Shown here: positions 37,995 to 47,684 of the stretch, piece by piece | Numbering within the stretch: the first letter of the stretch is position 1 | Layout of the letters: each line of letters starts with the position of its first letter | Origin: Candidatus Saccharimonadia bacterium | GTDB lineage: Bacteria > Patescibacteriota > Saccharimonadia > UBA4664 | DNA length: 64,000 bases | Direction of reading: 5' to 3' | Assembly: GCA_036488585.1 (NCBI GenBank) | Contig: DASXHH010000014.1 | Location: 2,410-66,409, forward strand | The notes under the pieces: model-generated | Told to the model about the DNA's origin: nothing | Seen by the model: the letters and a program-made list of their open reading frames with translations, nothing else | Databases searched by the model: none | Position numbers and translations under genes: made by a program

Positions 37995-38087
37995 ATTGAC
38001 CTAAAAATGACTAGCCGCTCCTGCGGGCCTCCGGGTTGGAGGTGCAGGAGCGGCGGCTTGATGCCTGGCGGATGTGTGGCGACGCGT

Positions 38088-38405
38088 TCACGTCGGTGGG
38101 GCGTCGGGAGACCGGTGCCATTGGTTATCGTCGCGCACCGACATGGCGTAGATTATCCTACGACGTCTCATGAGTTGGAGCGCCGTGTTGAGATCTGGGT
38201 CATCGGGCGAGAGGCCGAGGTATTCGGCGATGGCCCGAGTATTGCCATGGTGAATGCGGTCTAGGCAGTCGAGAACATTCTCGGCCATTTGATTGAGGCG
38301 CTGCTTGGTCTCGGTGCTGAGAGGCCGTTTTATGAGCCGCTGAAGATAAGCGGCGATCACCGAGAGTGGGATCAGCAGCAAGAGTATCCAGGTTGGGTGG
38401 TGCAT
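38088..38405 (-). CDS. Small membrane-anchored protein with winged-helix-like domain
   Basis: N-terminal TM; VLDCL...NTRAIAEYLGLS...LNTALQLMRRRRII; promoter TTGACA-N17-TACTAT (38470-38442). Confidence 0.55.
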   Translation of the reverse strand: MHHPTWILLLLIPLSVIAAYLQRLIKRPLSTETKQRLNQMAENVLDCLDRIHHGNTRAIAEYLGLSPDDPDLNTALQLMRRRRIIYAMSVRDDNQWHRSPDAPPT

Positions 38406-38515
38406 TCCTCATAACCCCCTAGGTGAGGAAGGATAAGTATTATAGTACTACAAACAATTTAAATTGTCAATGGTTTTAGGCTGGTATACTCAGGAAGTAA
38501 TTTGGACCTGAGAAT

Positions 38516-39835
38516 ATGTTTCGCAAGCTGGTGAAAGCGGTTTTGCCGCAGGAGTTTTTTAAAGCCGTTGAACCGACTGGGCACTTGCTGGAAGCGGTAT
38601 TGTGGCAGGTAGTAGAGGGATTTCCGGCTCGGGGACTGAATGTGATTGGTGTAACCGGAACGGACGGTAAGACCACCACATGCGCAATGATTTACGAGAT
38701 GTTAAACGACGCTGGAATTAAGACTGGCTTGATGAGCACGGTGGGCTGGGGTACTCCCGAGAATTGGCGGGAGCAGCAGGTGCATATGACGACTATGCCG
38801 ACGCGGGCGATGCTGCGGCGGATTAAGCAATTGCGGGCGGAGGGGATTAAATGGCTGGTGCTGGAGACAACGAGCCATGCACTGGCGCAAGGACGAGTGT
38901 GGGGCATGCCGTACAGCGTGGTAGCGATGACCAATGTGACGCACGAGCATTTGGATTATCACGGGACTTTTGAGCGCTACCGGGAGGCGAAGGTGAAGCT
39001 GTTTCGAATGGCGGGTGCAAATGAGCGCGGTCTGCGCTTGGGCGTAGTGAACGCGGACGACCCGAGTGCACCGTATTTCGCGGCGGCGATTCCGCGGGTG
39101 CTACGGTATGCGGTGAAGCAGGCGCAGGCGGATTTGAAGGCGAGTGATGTGAAGAGCAGCCCGGACGGCAACGAGTATGAACTGCGCTATGAGGGCGAGA
39201 CAGTGCACGTGCGGGTAGCATTGCCAGGTAGCTTTAACGTGTATAACTCGATGGCGGCGGCTGGCGTGGGGCTGGCCGTGGGGCTGTCGCCATCGCGGGT
39301 GGTGAAGGGGCTAGAGGCTTTGAAGACAGTGGAAGGCCGGATGAACAAGATCGAGGAGGGGCAGGATTTCTCGGTGATCGTGGACTTCGCGCACACGCCG
39401 GAGAGCTTCGAGAAAATTTTGAGTAGCTTTCGGAAATTGACAAAGGGGCGGCTGATCGTGATGTTTGGTTCGGCTGGCCGGCGGGATGAGAGCAAGCGCG
39501 GTAAGCAGGGGGCGAGTGCCGGCAAGTATGCCGATTTGGTGGTAGTAACCGAAGAGGACGACCGCGATGTGGACGGTATTCAGATTATGAACCAGATTGC
39601 TGCGGGGGCGGAAACAGAGGGAAAGGTGCGGGAGCGTGACCTGTTTTTGGTGCACGACCGGACGAAAGCGATAAAGTTTGCGGTGAATCGGGCCAAGCCG
39701 GGAGACACGGTACTGCTGCTGGGCAAGGGCCATGAGAAGACGATTGAGCGGGCGGATGGTGAACACCCATGGGACGAAGCCGGCACTGTTCGGGCGGCAC
39801 TGCGGGAGCTAAAAGTAGGTAAGAAGCGCGCCTAG
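38516..39835 (+). CDS. murE: Mur ligase, MurE family
   Basis: GVTGTDGKTTT, LETTSHAL, TNVTHEHLDYH, VDFAHTP, LLGKGHE. Confidence 0.9.
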   Translation: MFRKLVKAVLPQEFFKAVEPTGHLLEAVLWQVVEGFPARGLNVIGVTGTDGKTTTCAMIYEMLNDAGIKTGLMSTVGWGTPENWREQQVHMTTMPTRAMLRRIKQLRAEGIKWLVLETTSHALAQGRVWGMPYSVVAMTNVTHEHLDYHGTFERYREAKVKLFRMAGANERGLRLGVVNADDPSAPYFAAAIPRVLRYAVKQAQADLKASDVKSSPDGNEYELRYEGETVHVRVALPGSFNVYNSMAAAGVGLAVGLSPSRVVKGLEALKTVEGRMNKIEEGQDFSVIVDFAHTPESFEKILSSFRKLTKGRLIVMFGSAGRRDESKRGKQGASAGKYADLVVVTEEDDRDVDGIQIMNQIAAGAETEGKVRERDLFLVHDRTKAIKFAVNRAKPGDTVLLLGKGHEKTIERADGEHPWDEAGTVRAALRELKVGKKRA

Positions 39836-40710
39836 GCGTTATCGAGGGTGAGGGTGGTGCAACGGATGTAGCCGCCGCCCTTGATGAGTTCGCGAATGGC
39901 GGGGGTGAGGGTGGCGAGGCCGCGGGCTTCGATGGCGGCTTTGAGCTTGGGTCCGTGGGCGCTCATTACTACGGTGTGGCCGGTGGACACCAGATTGCAG
40001 GCGAAGCCTTTAACGGCTTCTTCGTAGCTGACCTCGATTTTGTCGAGACCGCTGAGGGCGCGAATTTTGGCTTGAGACTCGGGCTCGAAGGCATCGGGGC
40101 ACCAGGCGATGAGATCGGAGCGCAAAATGGAGATGGCGAGGTCGATGTCGTAGAAGAAGCTGTCGGGCCAGCCGGTGAGCTGATTGGTGACGGGAACGCC
40201 TGCGGGGTTGCGGGCCGGAATAGTGCGGAGGCTGATGACCTCGTAGCCGAGTTCGTCGGCCAGGAACGGATGTACACGGGGGTCGGTGCGGTAACCCGAG
40301 CCGGCGAGCAGGTAATTGCCGACCGGTAGTGCGTCGCCCTGGCCGGAGAAGCGGTAGGGGGGCTTGATAATGCGCTTGCCGAGGTTACGCAGAGCGGCTT
40401 CGGCATGCGGCTCCTCGCCTTGGCGCGGGGCGGGTAGCGAGGACATGACGGCGGTGTCGCCACGTATCAGCGCCCAGTTGGCGGTGTAGACGCCGTCCTG
40501 GCAGTCGGCGGGGGAGCCCACCTTCGTGACGGTAACACCGGCTGATTCCAGGGCCGCCTGGATGGCCTGGTGCTCGGCGATGGTACGGGCGACTTCGGGC
40601 TGATCGGCGCTGTTTGAGTAAGGGTTGAGCTCCTTAACGCTAAAGTGCTCGGCACCAGACATGAGCACGGTACGGTTGATAGTGGGGGCAGCGATCGATG
40701 TTTTGGACAT
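39832..40710 (-). CDS. Amidinotransferase/DDAH/arginine deiminase superfamily protein
   Basis: DGVYTAN, RQGE, FSGQGD, GYRT, FACN, KGGGYIRCTTL. Confidence 0.85.
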   Translation of the reverse strand: MSKTSIAAPTINRTVLMSGAEHFSVKELNPYSNSADQPEVARTIAEHQAIQAALESAGVTVTKVGSPADCQDGVYTANWALIRGDTAVMSSLPAPRQGEEPHAEAALRNLGKRIIKPPYRFSGQGDALPVGNYLLAGSGYRTDPRVHPFLADELGYEVISLRTIPARNPAGVPVTNQLTGWPDSFFYDIDLAISILRSDLIAWCPDAFEPESQAKIRALSGLDKIEVSYEEAVKGFACNLVSTGHTVVMSAHGPKLKAAIEARGLATLTPAIRELIKGGGYIRCTTLTLDNA

Positions 40711-40739
40711 GATGGAATTATACCCGGTATGATAGGCGC

Positions 40740-42083
40740 ATGAAATTTACAGAATCTATCTTCAAGGCATATGACGTTCGCGGACTAGTAGGTGAGGAAT
40801 TAACGCCAGAGGTGGCGGAGGCGGTGGGGCGGGCATTTGCCGACTTTTTACCGGGTGATGGCCCAGTTTGCGTGGGTTACGATATGCGGCCGGATTCGCA
40901 GGAACTGGCGCGGGCGCTCAAGTCCGGCATTATGCGGCAGGGGCGTAAGGTGATTGATATTGGCCAGGTGGCGACCGATATGATTTATTACGCGACCGGA
41001 AGTTTGAAAGCGGCGGGTGGAGCGCAGGTGACGGCCAGTCACAACCCGGGTAAGTACAACGGAATTAAATTCTGTGGCGAGAACGCGAAGGCGATTAGTA
41101 TTACGTCGGGACTGGCGGAAATTCGTGATGCAGTGGCCACTGACCGGTACAAGCCGGAAGGCGAGGGCAGTCTGGAAGAGCGCGATGTAATGGAGGGCTG
41201 GGTGGATCACGCGCTCAGTTTCGTGGACGTGAAGAATTGGAAGCCGTGGCACATTGCGGTGGATGCGGGCAACGGTATGGCTGGTGCGGTGATGCCGCAC
41301 CTGGAAGGCAAGACGCCGCTCGTGGTGGAGCCGCTGTACTGGGAGCTCGACGGCACGTTCCCGAACCATGTGGCCAACCCGTTGATCGACGAGAACAACC
41401 GGGATCTGATTGCCAAAATTAAATCTGAGAAGCTGGATTTTGGCATTGCTTTTGATGGCGACGGCGACCGAGCGTTCTTGATCGACGAGCGCGGCCGGAC
41501 GGTGGCCGGGCACATTATGTCGGCCATGCTGGCTAAGCATTTTCTGAAACTGTATCCGGGGTCGAACATTGTATACGACGCTCGTAACTCACGGTTGGTG
41601 GAGGACACTATCGACGAGAATGGCGGCAAAAAGGTGCGTAGTCGGGTGGGACACAGCTTTATCAAAGAGGCAATGCGTGATAAGGACGCGCCGTTTGGCG
41701 GGGAATTTTCCGGTCACTACTACTTCCGTGACAACTGGTATGCCGACTCGGGGCTGATTGGGGCGCTGGTGGCGATCCAGGTACTGAACGACTCGGGCAA
41801 GAAGTTGAGTGAGTTGGTGGACGAGTTCGACGCCAAGTACGCGCGCTCACCCGAGGTCAATTTTGAGGTCCAGGATAAGGACGGCAAGATTGCCGAGATC
41901 AAGAAAGCTTACGCCGATGCTGAGCTCGATACGCTGGATGGTATCACCGTGAATTATCCGGACTGGTGGTTTAACGTGAGGGCTTCGAACACCGAGCCAC
42001 TGCTCAGGTTGAACATGGAGGCAAAGACTCGCGAGCAGCTGGACCGGGAGCTGGCGAAGATCGAGAAATTGCTGAAAGGCTAG
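40740..42083 (+). CDS. Phosphomannomutase/phosphoglucomutase
   Basis: FKAYDVRG, TASHNP, AFDGDGDR, GGEFSGHYYF, RASNTEP. Confidence 0.95.
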   Translation: MKFTESIFKAYDVRGLVGEELTPEVAEAVGRAFADFLPGDGPVCVGYDMRPDSQELARALKSGIMRQGRKVIDIGQVATDMIYYATGSLKAAGGAQVTASHNPGKYNGIKFCGENAKAISITSGLAEIRDAVATDRYKPEGEGSLEERDVMEGWVDHALSFVDVKNWKPWHIAVDAGNGMAGAVMPHLEGKTPLVVEPLYWELDGTFPNHVANPLIDENNRDLIAKIKSEKLDFGIAFDGDGDRAFLIDERGRTVAGHIMSAMLAKHFLKLYPGSNIVYDARNSRLVEDTIDENGGKKVRSRVGHSFIKEAMRDKDAPFGGEFSGHYYFRDNWYADSGLIGALVAIQVLNDSGKKLSELVDEFDAKYARSPEVNFEVQDKDGKIAEIKKAYADAELDTLDGITVNYPDWWFNVRASNTEPLLRLNMEAKTREQLDRELAKIEKLLKG

Positions 42084-42131
42084 CTCTTGACGCTCTAAAT
42101 TCATAACGCTACGCTTGGGCGGTAAAGGTAC

Positions 42132-42158
42132 TTGGCACTCCTCTGGCAGGAGTGCTAA
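42132..42158 (+). promoter_or_regulatory. CIRCE element (HrcA operator)
   Basis: TTGGCACTC-N9-GAGTGCTAA upstream of groES, after TTGACG-N17-TACGCT. Confidence 0.92.
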
Positions 42159-42204
42159 AGTAATAACGCAATTGTGTTGGAACAACTTAAGTAAGGAGCA
42201 AAAG

Positions 42205-42468
42205 ATGGCGCTACAACCGTTAGCTGACCGCATCGTAGCCAAGCCGGTAGAGCCGGAATCAACCAGTCCGGCAGGAATTTTGTTGCCTGAGCAGGCGAAA
42301 GAGAAAACCACTGTAGCTAAGGTATTGGCTGTGGGTAAGGACGTGAAGGAAGTGAAGGTGGGCGACCGGATCGTCCACAGTGAGTACGGTCCGAACCGGT
42401 TCAAAGACGGTAATGAAGAGTTGTTGATTGTTAAAGAGGAAGACGTCCTCGCGGTGGTGAAGGGGTAA
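42205..42468 (+). CDS. groES: Co-chaperonin GroES
   Basis: LQPLADRIV, AGILLP..AKEK, VKVGDRI; AAGGAG SD. Confidence 0.96.
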   Translation: MALQPLADRIVAKPVEPESTSPAGILLPEQAKEKTTVAKVLAVGKDVKEVKVGDRIVHSEYGPNRFKDGNEELLIVKEEDVLAVVKG

Positions 42469-42474
42469 AGGATT

Positions 42475-44136
42475 ATGGCAAAGAAGATTTTTTACGATGA
42501 TGATGCTCGTGGCCGTGTGTTGGCTGGCGCCAAGGAATTGTATGAAGCTGTGCGCGTAACCATGGGGCCGAAAGGTCGCAACGTGGTGGTGCAGAAGAGC
42601 TACGGAGGCCCGACCGTGACGCACGATGGCGTGACCGTGGCGAAGGCGGTGGAAATCGAGAACCGGAATGACGAGACGTTGGGTCGCAGTGTGGGCGCCG
42701 AGCTAGTGAAGCAGGCGGCTTCCAAGACTAACGACACGGTGGGCGACGGTACGACGACCGCGACCGTGCTGACCTACCACATTTTAAGCGAGGCCAACAA
42801 GCTGATCGCGGCCGGTCACAACCCGATGGACTTGCGGGTGGGCTTGGACCAGGCGGCTGGGGTAGTGCTCGGCGCCGTGGAAGGTGTGACCGAGAAGATC
42901 GCCGGCAATAAGACCAAGGTGGCCCAGGTGGCGACGGTTTCGGCCGGCGACGCTGAGATTGGCGGTCTGATCGCTGACGTGATCGAGGCGGTGGGCGAGG
43001 ATGGCACTGTGACCGTAGAGAAGAGCGAGGCGCTTGGTATTACCAAGGAGATCGTGGAAGGCTTCAAGATTGATCGTGGTTACGTGAGCCAGTACATGGT
43101 GACCGATGGCGCTCGTATGGAGGCCAGTTACGAGAAGCCGTTGATTTTGGTGACTGATAAGAAGATTTCTAGCATTCAGGAGATTCTGCCTCTGCTGGAG
43201 AAGATGGCTCAGGGCGGCAAGAAAGAACTCGTGATTGTGGCCGAGGACGTGGAGGGCGAGGCTCTCGCGACTCTGGTGCTCAACCGGCTGAAGGGCGTGT
43301 TCAATACCCTGGCGATCAAGGCACCGGCGTTTGGTGACCGTCGTAAAGCCATCTTGCAGGACATAGCGGTGCTGACTGGTGCTACGGTGATCACCGACGA
43401 GCAAGGCATTACATTTGAGAACGCGACTGTTGATATGCTGGGTTCGGCCCGCAAGGTGATTGCTACCAAGGACGACACCACGATCATCGAAGGCGTGGGG
43501 GACCCGCGTGAGGTGCAGAAGCGCATCGCGGAGATTAAGGCTCAGATCGAGCACGCCTCGAGCGAGTACGACAAGGAGAACTTGGAGAAGCGGTTGGCGG
43601 CTCTGGCCGGCAAAGTGGCCGTGATTAAGGTCGGTGGCGCGACCGAGACCGAAATTGAGGAGAAGAAATTCCGGGTGGATGATGCGGTGGCTGCGACCAA
43701 GGCGGCTGTGGCCGAAGGCATCGTGCCTGGCGGTGGCGTCACACTGGTGGACCTGTCCAAGAAGCTGACCGTGGAGCCGACCAAGATTGGTTCCAGCCAG
43801 GAGGCTGGCCACTTGGTGCTGAAGCGGGCGTTGGTGCAGCCGTTTCGCGAACTAATGCGCAATGCGGGCCTTAACCCGGACGAGAAGTTACCGCAAGTGA
43901 TCGCGGGTAAGGGTGGCCAGGGCTTCGATGTGAACGACCCGGCCCAGCTCGTGGACCTGAAGGCTAAGGGGGTGGTTGATCCAGCCAAGGTGACGCGTGA
44001 GGCGGTGCAGAACGCCGTTTCGATTGCTGGCACAGCCATGACCATGGGTTCGCTGATCGTGGACATTCCGGAGGAGAAGCCGGCCGCGGGCGGCGGCATG
44101 CCCGGTGGCATGGGCATGGGCGGTATGGACTACTAA
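42475..44136 (+). CDS. groEL: Chaperonin GroEL
   Basis: [23 protein letters not shown] tail. Confidence 0.99.
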   Translation: MAKKIFYDDDARGRVLAGAKELYEAVRVTMGPKGRNVVVQKSYGGPTVTHDGVTVAKAVEIENRNDETLGRSVGAELVKQAASKTNDTVGDGTTTATVLTYHILSEANKLIAAGHNPMDLRVGLDQAAGVVLGAVEGVTEKIAGNKTKVAQVATVSAGDAEIGGLIADVIEAVGEDGTVTVEKSEALGITKEIVEGFKIDRGYVSQYMVTDGARMEASYEKPLILVTDKKISSIQEILPLLEKMAQGGKKELVIVAEDVEGEALATLVLNRLKGVFNTLAIKAPAFGDRRKAILQDIAVLTGATVITDEQGITFENATVDMLGSARKVIATKDDTTIIEGVGDPREVQKRIAEIKAQIEHASSEYDKENLEKRLAALAGKVAVIKVGGATETEIEEKKFRVDDAVAATKAAVAEGIVPGGGVTLVDLSKKLTVEPTKIGSSQEAGHLVLKRALVQPFRELMRNAGLNPDEKLPQVIAGKGGQGFDVNDPAQLVDLKAKGVVDPAKVTREAVQNAVSIAGTAMTMGSLIVDIPEEKPAAGGGMPGGMGMGGMDY

Positions 44137-44170
44137 TCTCCGCTCGTATCTGAGAAAATTGTGCAGGTAC

Positions 44171-44199
44171 AAAAAGAGGCCACAGCCGGCCTCTTTTTT
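44171..44199 (+). terminator. groESL terminator
   Basis: aaaaagaggcc-acagcc-ggcctctttttt. Confidence 0.85.
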
Positions 44200-44278
44200 A
44201 TGTGCAGTCGTAGGGTTGCAATTTTTATATTTCATGGTATTGTGTGGGTGATCCGTAGATCCTCGGCAAGGAGGAAAT

Positions 44279-44701
44279 GTGTTTCAGCAAGCAAGCTGTC
44301 AGCTGACTCCGTGCCTGAGGTTGGTGCGGGTTGCTAGGACATTTACATCGACGACTCTGGAGGCACTTGGTTGTCCGCCAGATACAGTCGCCGATTGCGT
44401 CACGGTGGTATCCGAGCTCGTAGCTAACGCTATTGAGGCGGAGACCAAGGATGCGCCCGGCATGTCACCCGATGAGCTGCCACTGATTGGTGTTCGACTC
44501 GAGGTGACTGATGAATCGGTCATGATGGTCGTCTCAGACTCTTCACCTGGTGATCTGGTTGAATATCAGCCTTCACTGGATGACGAGCGGCATCGAGGAG
44601 AGAAAGTTGTGGCGGTCTTGTGCGGTCAGGCCGCTACCGTACGGTACTTGCCGGACCGCACCAAGGAGGTGCGAGCCTCGATGCGAAGGCACGCCGCCTA
44701 G
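44279..44701 (+). CDS. RsbW-like anti-sigma / HATPase_c_2 protein, degenerate G-box
   Basis: VRVARTFT..TL..LG...VVSELVANA...VVSDSSP...DERHRGEKVV; SD AAGGAGG. Confidence 0.75.
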   Translation: MFQQASCQLTPCLRLVRVARTFTSTTLEALGCPPDTVADCVTVVSELVANAIEAETKDAPGMSPDELPLIGVRLEVTDESVMMVVSDSSPGDLVEYQPSLDDERHRGEKVVAVLCGQAATVRYLPDRTKEVRASMRRHAA

Positions 44702-44794
44702 ATGGGACCGTAAGGTCCGATCAAATACCCCGGGAACGAGTTGTGTTCCCGGGGTTGATTGTGATTGGGCACCTGAAAGTGCTAGGCTTAATAT

Positions 44795-45616
44795 ATGAAG
44801 ATTGATGACGGATTCGTGGCAGTGCGGACCAGCGAATATGCGAGAACACCGGTGAGCAGCAGTATGTTTGCGCACAGAGCCGATGAGATTTTGAATCTGG
44901 TAACGCATTTGCGGGCAGAATTGGGACTGCATGAAGCCCTGAACGTGGCGATCGAGCGGTTTGTGGATGACGAGCCGCATCCGGAGATGAAGCGCTTTGG
45001 TGAAGTGGTGGTGCTGGCCCGGCGGCAAGCGTTGTTGCAGGAACGGTTAGATGACGACCGTGAGCAGCTGCACAGCGGTGTACTTAACCACGAGGAGCGG
45101 GAGATTACCGGTCATCATTACGAGATGCTCAGACACGAGGCCTGCCGTTATAACCACTTGATGCGGGGTTTGATCGAAAACTGCGGCCATTATTTCTCGC
45201 GGGAGCAGCTGATGCGGTGGCTGACGGCGATGAGTCAGGGCCGGTCGCAGTGGGCGCGCGGGGAGGTGACCGGCGCGGTGAGCGAGCTGGCGTTGCATGC
45301 GGCATTGCAAGGGCTGCCGGAGCTGCGGGACTTGCGGTATGCGACGATCGAGGAGGATTTGGCGGGGTACGACTTCGTAGCCAGCTGGCAAGGGCGGTTG
45401 TTAACGGTGGATGCCAAAACCGGCTTTTACCGGCCGCTTACCGAGCGCAAGCACGGGCACAAGCATCTGGAAATCTCCGTTCCGCGGGAAGCGGTGAAGG
45501 AGTTTTGGGTAACGCGCCGAGGTTTGGACGTGCTCAGGCATGAAGTTCGGCAAGCTCTGCAAAGTAGTGAATCGGTGGAGCATCACGCGCCACATCATTA
45601 CTACAAATATGCATAA
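44795..45616 (+). CDS. Hypothetical protein with PD-(D/E)XK-like C-terminal motif
   Basis: GAVSELA...ATIEEDLAGYDFV...TVDAKTG. Confidence 0.6.
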   Translation: MKIDDGFVAVRTSEYARTPVSSSMFAHRADEILNLVTHLRAELGLHEALNVAIERFVDDEPHPEMKRFGEVVVLARRQALLQERLDDDREQLHSGVLNHEEREITGHHYEMLRHEACRYNHLMRGLIENCGHYFSREQLMRWLTAMSQGRSQWARGEVTGAVSELALHAALQGLPELRDLRYATIEEDLAGYDFVASWQGRLLTVDAKTGFYRPLTERKHGHKHLEISVPREAVKEFWVTRRGLDVLRHEVRQALQSSESVEHHAPHHYYKYA

Positions 45617-45702
45617 CTAACGTTTGCGCGGCGAAATTTTTGTGGTAAATTTGGGCCGCGTTTTAACGCGCAGATTCCAAGGACAGTGAAAGGGGCCGAA
45701 GA

Positions 45703-46362
45703 GTGGATTCGGTTTTCATTGCTAGGCCGAACGATAAGCGTGCCATAAGGCACGTGCAGCGAGGCCTGCCGGAGCGAGTCACGACGAAGGCCGTGCTAGA
45801 GAGGCTGGGGCTGGTGACACTTCTGGTGGTAGTTAGCTGCTGGTTCCCGGCGATGTTCAGCATGGACGGTGAAGGGCCGATGGACAGCTATGTGGCTGTG
45901 CGTCTGTCCCTGCTGGTCGCGGCGTTTGAGGTACTGGCCGTGGCCGGTACACTGGTCTGGGTCGGGCGGCAGCGGCAGCTGCGGCGACAGTTTCTGCGGC
46001 TGATGGACGACGGTCGGATCGTCGAGGTCCCCGACCCGCTAGTACCGATGGTCTTGTGGGAGGCGCAGCGGGCAGGCATAAGTATGGTCGAGGCGGCATC
46101 TGGTGAGTCGGTGCCTGGTGGGGGCATATCGGTGCAGCAGGTGCTGATGCGCCACTTTGCCGGTGTCGACATGCTCGTGCAGGCACTTCGCCGCAACGAG
46201 CTAATCGGTGACTCGTTGCGGCGAAGTGCAAGCGAGGTGATAGAACTGTACGCGTGCTTGATCATGCAGACGGAGAAGGCGCTGCGGGACGGGCTAGAGA
46301 TACGCAGGCAGCTCGCCGGGCTGTGCCTGGAGCTGAACCTCCGTTCGATGCCGCAACTGTAG
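45703..46362 (+). CDS. Hypothetical two-TM membrane protein (accessory)
   Basis: Two hydrophobic helices then Arg-rich segment; hairpin ggcgcccgaggga...tccctcgggcgcc downstream. Confidence 0.6.
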   Translation: MDSVFIARPNDKRAIRHVQRGLPERVTTKAVLERLGLVTLLVVVSCWFPAMFSMDGEGPMDSYVAVRLSLLVAAFEVLAVAGTLVWVGRQRQLRRQFLRLMDDGRIVEVPDPLVPMVLWEAQRAGISMVEAASGESVPGGGISVQQVLMRHFAGVDMLVQALRRNELIGDSLRRSASEVIELYACLIMQTEKALRDGLEIRRQLAGLCLELNLRSMPQL

Positions 46363-46457
46363 AGACAAGAGGGTCTGTGATGGGCGCCCGAGGGACTAGG
46401 CTGAATGGCTGATCCCTCGGGCGCCGAGATGTTTTTGCTGAAAATTATTAATAAGGT

Positions 46458-46517
46458 TTGACAGGTGGTAACGTAACTGTTATACTTCTTGACAATATCG
46501 TACGTTGATGTGATATT
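46458..46517 (+). promoter_or_regulatory. Tandem sigma70 promoters
   Basis: TTGACA-N17-TATACT (46458-46486) and TTGACA-N17-GATATT (46489-46517). Confidence 0.7.
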
Positions 46518-46698
46518 TATAACCCATCGTGGAAAGAAAAGGGCAAGCCCTGCAGGCGGCGACTCTATTCCTAGCGTAATGCTAAGGATGAGTGCGCCGA
46601 TTTTTCGTATCTGGCTTCTTTAAATGATCGTTGCGGGTAGTCTGGTCTTGAGGTGGTTCAAGGCCGGATTTTCCGCAACGAAATTCGAGAGGAAATAT

Positions 46699-47049
46699 AT
46701 GAAAAGGCAGGGAAAGCTGCAGAAGACGGGTGGTCCTGGAAGTTTGTACCGGCACTTGCCGGGCGGAATTCCAAAGGACAACCCTGACCCTCCGACTGTC
46801 GACTCCATCTCGAAGTTGCTCAATTACCTCGAGTTGATCCGGACCTACCCCGGCATGAACTACGTGGAGTTGAGAAGCTTCGTTCCGCTGATGCGGAAGG
46901 TAGAAAACCCGTTGGAGGAGTTCACTCTGCTCCTTAAGGGTTTCGAGCTCGAGCTCGAGAACGACAGAGGTGCAGTGATGCGCCGTGACGATCTCGTGTC
47001 CGAACGGCCCGAGTCGCTGATGCAGGTTCTCCTGCGGATGCGGAGCTAG
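46699..47049 (+). CDS. Hypothetical protein (accessory)
   Basis: ATG after GAGAGGA; 116 aa. Confidence 0.6.
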   Translation: MKRQGKLQKTGGPGSLYRHLPGGIPKDNPDPPTVDSISKLLNYLELIRTYPGMNYVELRSFVPLMRKVENPLEEFTLLLKGFELELENDRGAVMRRDDLVSERPESLMQVLLRMRS

Positions 47050-47132
47050 CAAGCCCAAGATCGCGCCCGCAATGTGTAAGGGTATGATCCGAACGAGTAA
47101 GGTAAGTTCCGAACACGCAAGGAGAGAGTCAC

Positions 47133-47534
47133 ATGACCGCAGCAATGGACACCAACATTCGTCAGGAGCGCCGTGAGCGTATCGAGGCTCTGAGAAGGGG
47201 GTTGGATGCCAAGACTGGTCGCAAGTCGCTGGGCGAGCGCGTTGCCCTGATGCAAGAGTTCCTGACGGCGCTCAGCATGATGCCGTACGACTCGATCAGT
47301 GACGAGTTCGACATCGACATCCTGCGCGAGTGGATATGGGCCATGGCCGCAACCGGCGGGTTCTTTACCCGCTCGGGTGTCGCCGAGCTGGCTCGCTACC
47401 TGAAGGTCCTGGAGCCGCACTTCGTTGGGGCCCCGACCTCCTACTTCCGTCCGGGCTTCGTACGGCTGGTCATGGAGGAGCTTGGTGCCGCGGAGGCGCT
47501 GCTCGCAGAGACGCGCCAGCCCATGCCGGCTTGA
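47133..47534 (+). CDS. Hypothetical protein (accessory)
   Basis: ATG after AAGGAG; strongly C/G-ending codons; nested hairpin and terminator downstream (47555-47638). Confidence 0.7.
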   Translation: MTAAMDTNIRQERRERIEALRRGLDAKTGRKSLGERVALMQEFLTALSMMPYDSISDEFDIDILREWIWAMAATGGFFTRSGVAELARYLKVLEPHFVGAPTSYFRPGFVRLVMEELGAAEALLAETRQPMPA

Positions 47535-47684
47535 TCGCCGACAACACGATGGGGCCTAGGGTCCGGCGGAACTGTCTGCTCAGTAGAGTGGACACCCGCC
47601 GGGCCCAGCCCGAACCCCGCAAAGACGGGGTGTTTTTGTGTTTAGACAGATTGGGGCATAATGGATGGCGAAGGAGACTCTAGA

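Noticed and set aside
42784-44117. Long antisense ORFs opposite groEL (likewise virB4, valS, rpoD)
   Set aside because: Expected shadows of GC-rich codon bias opposite well-supported genes.
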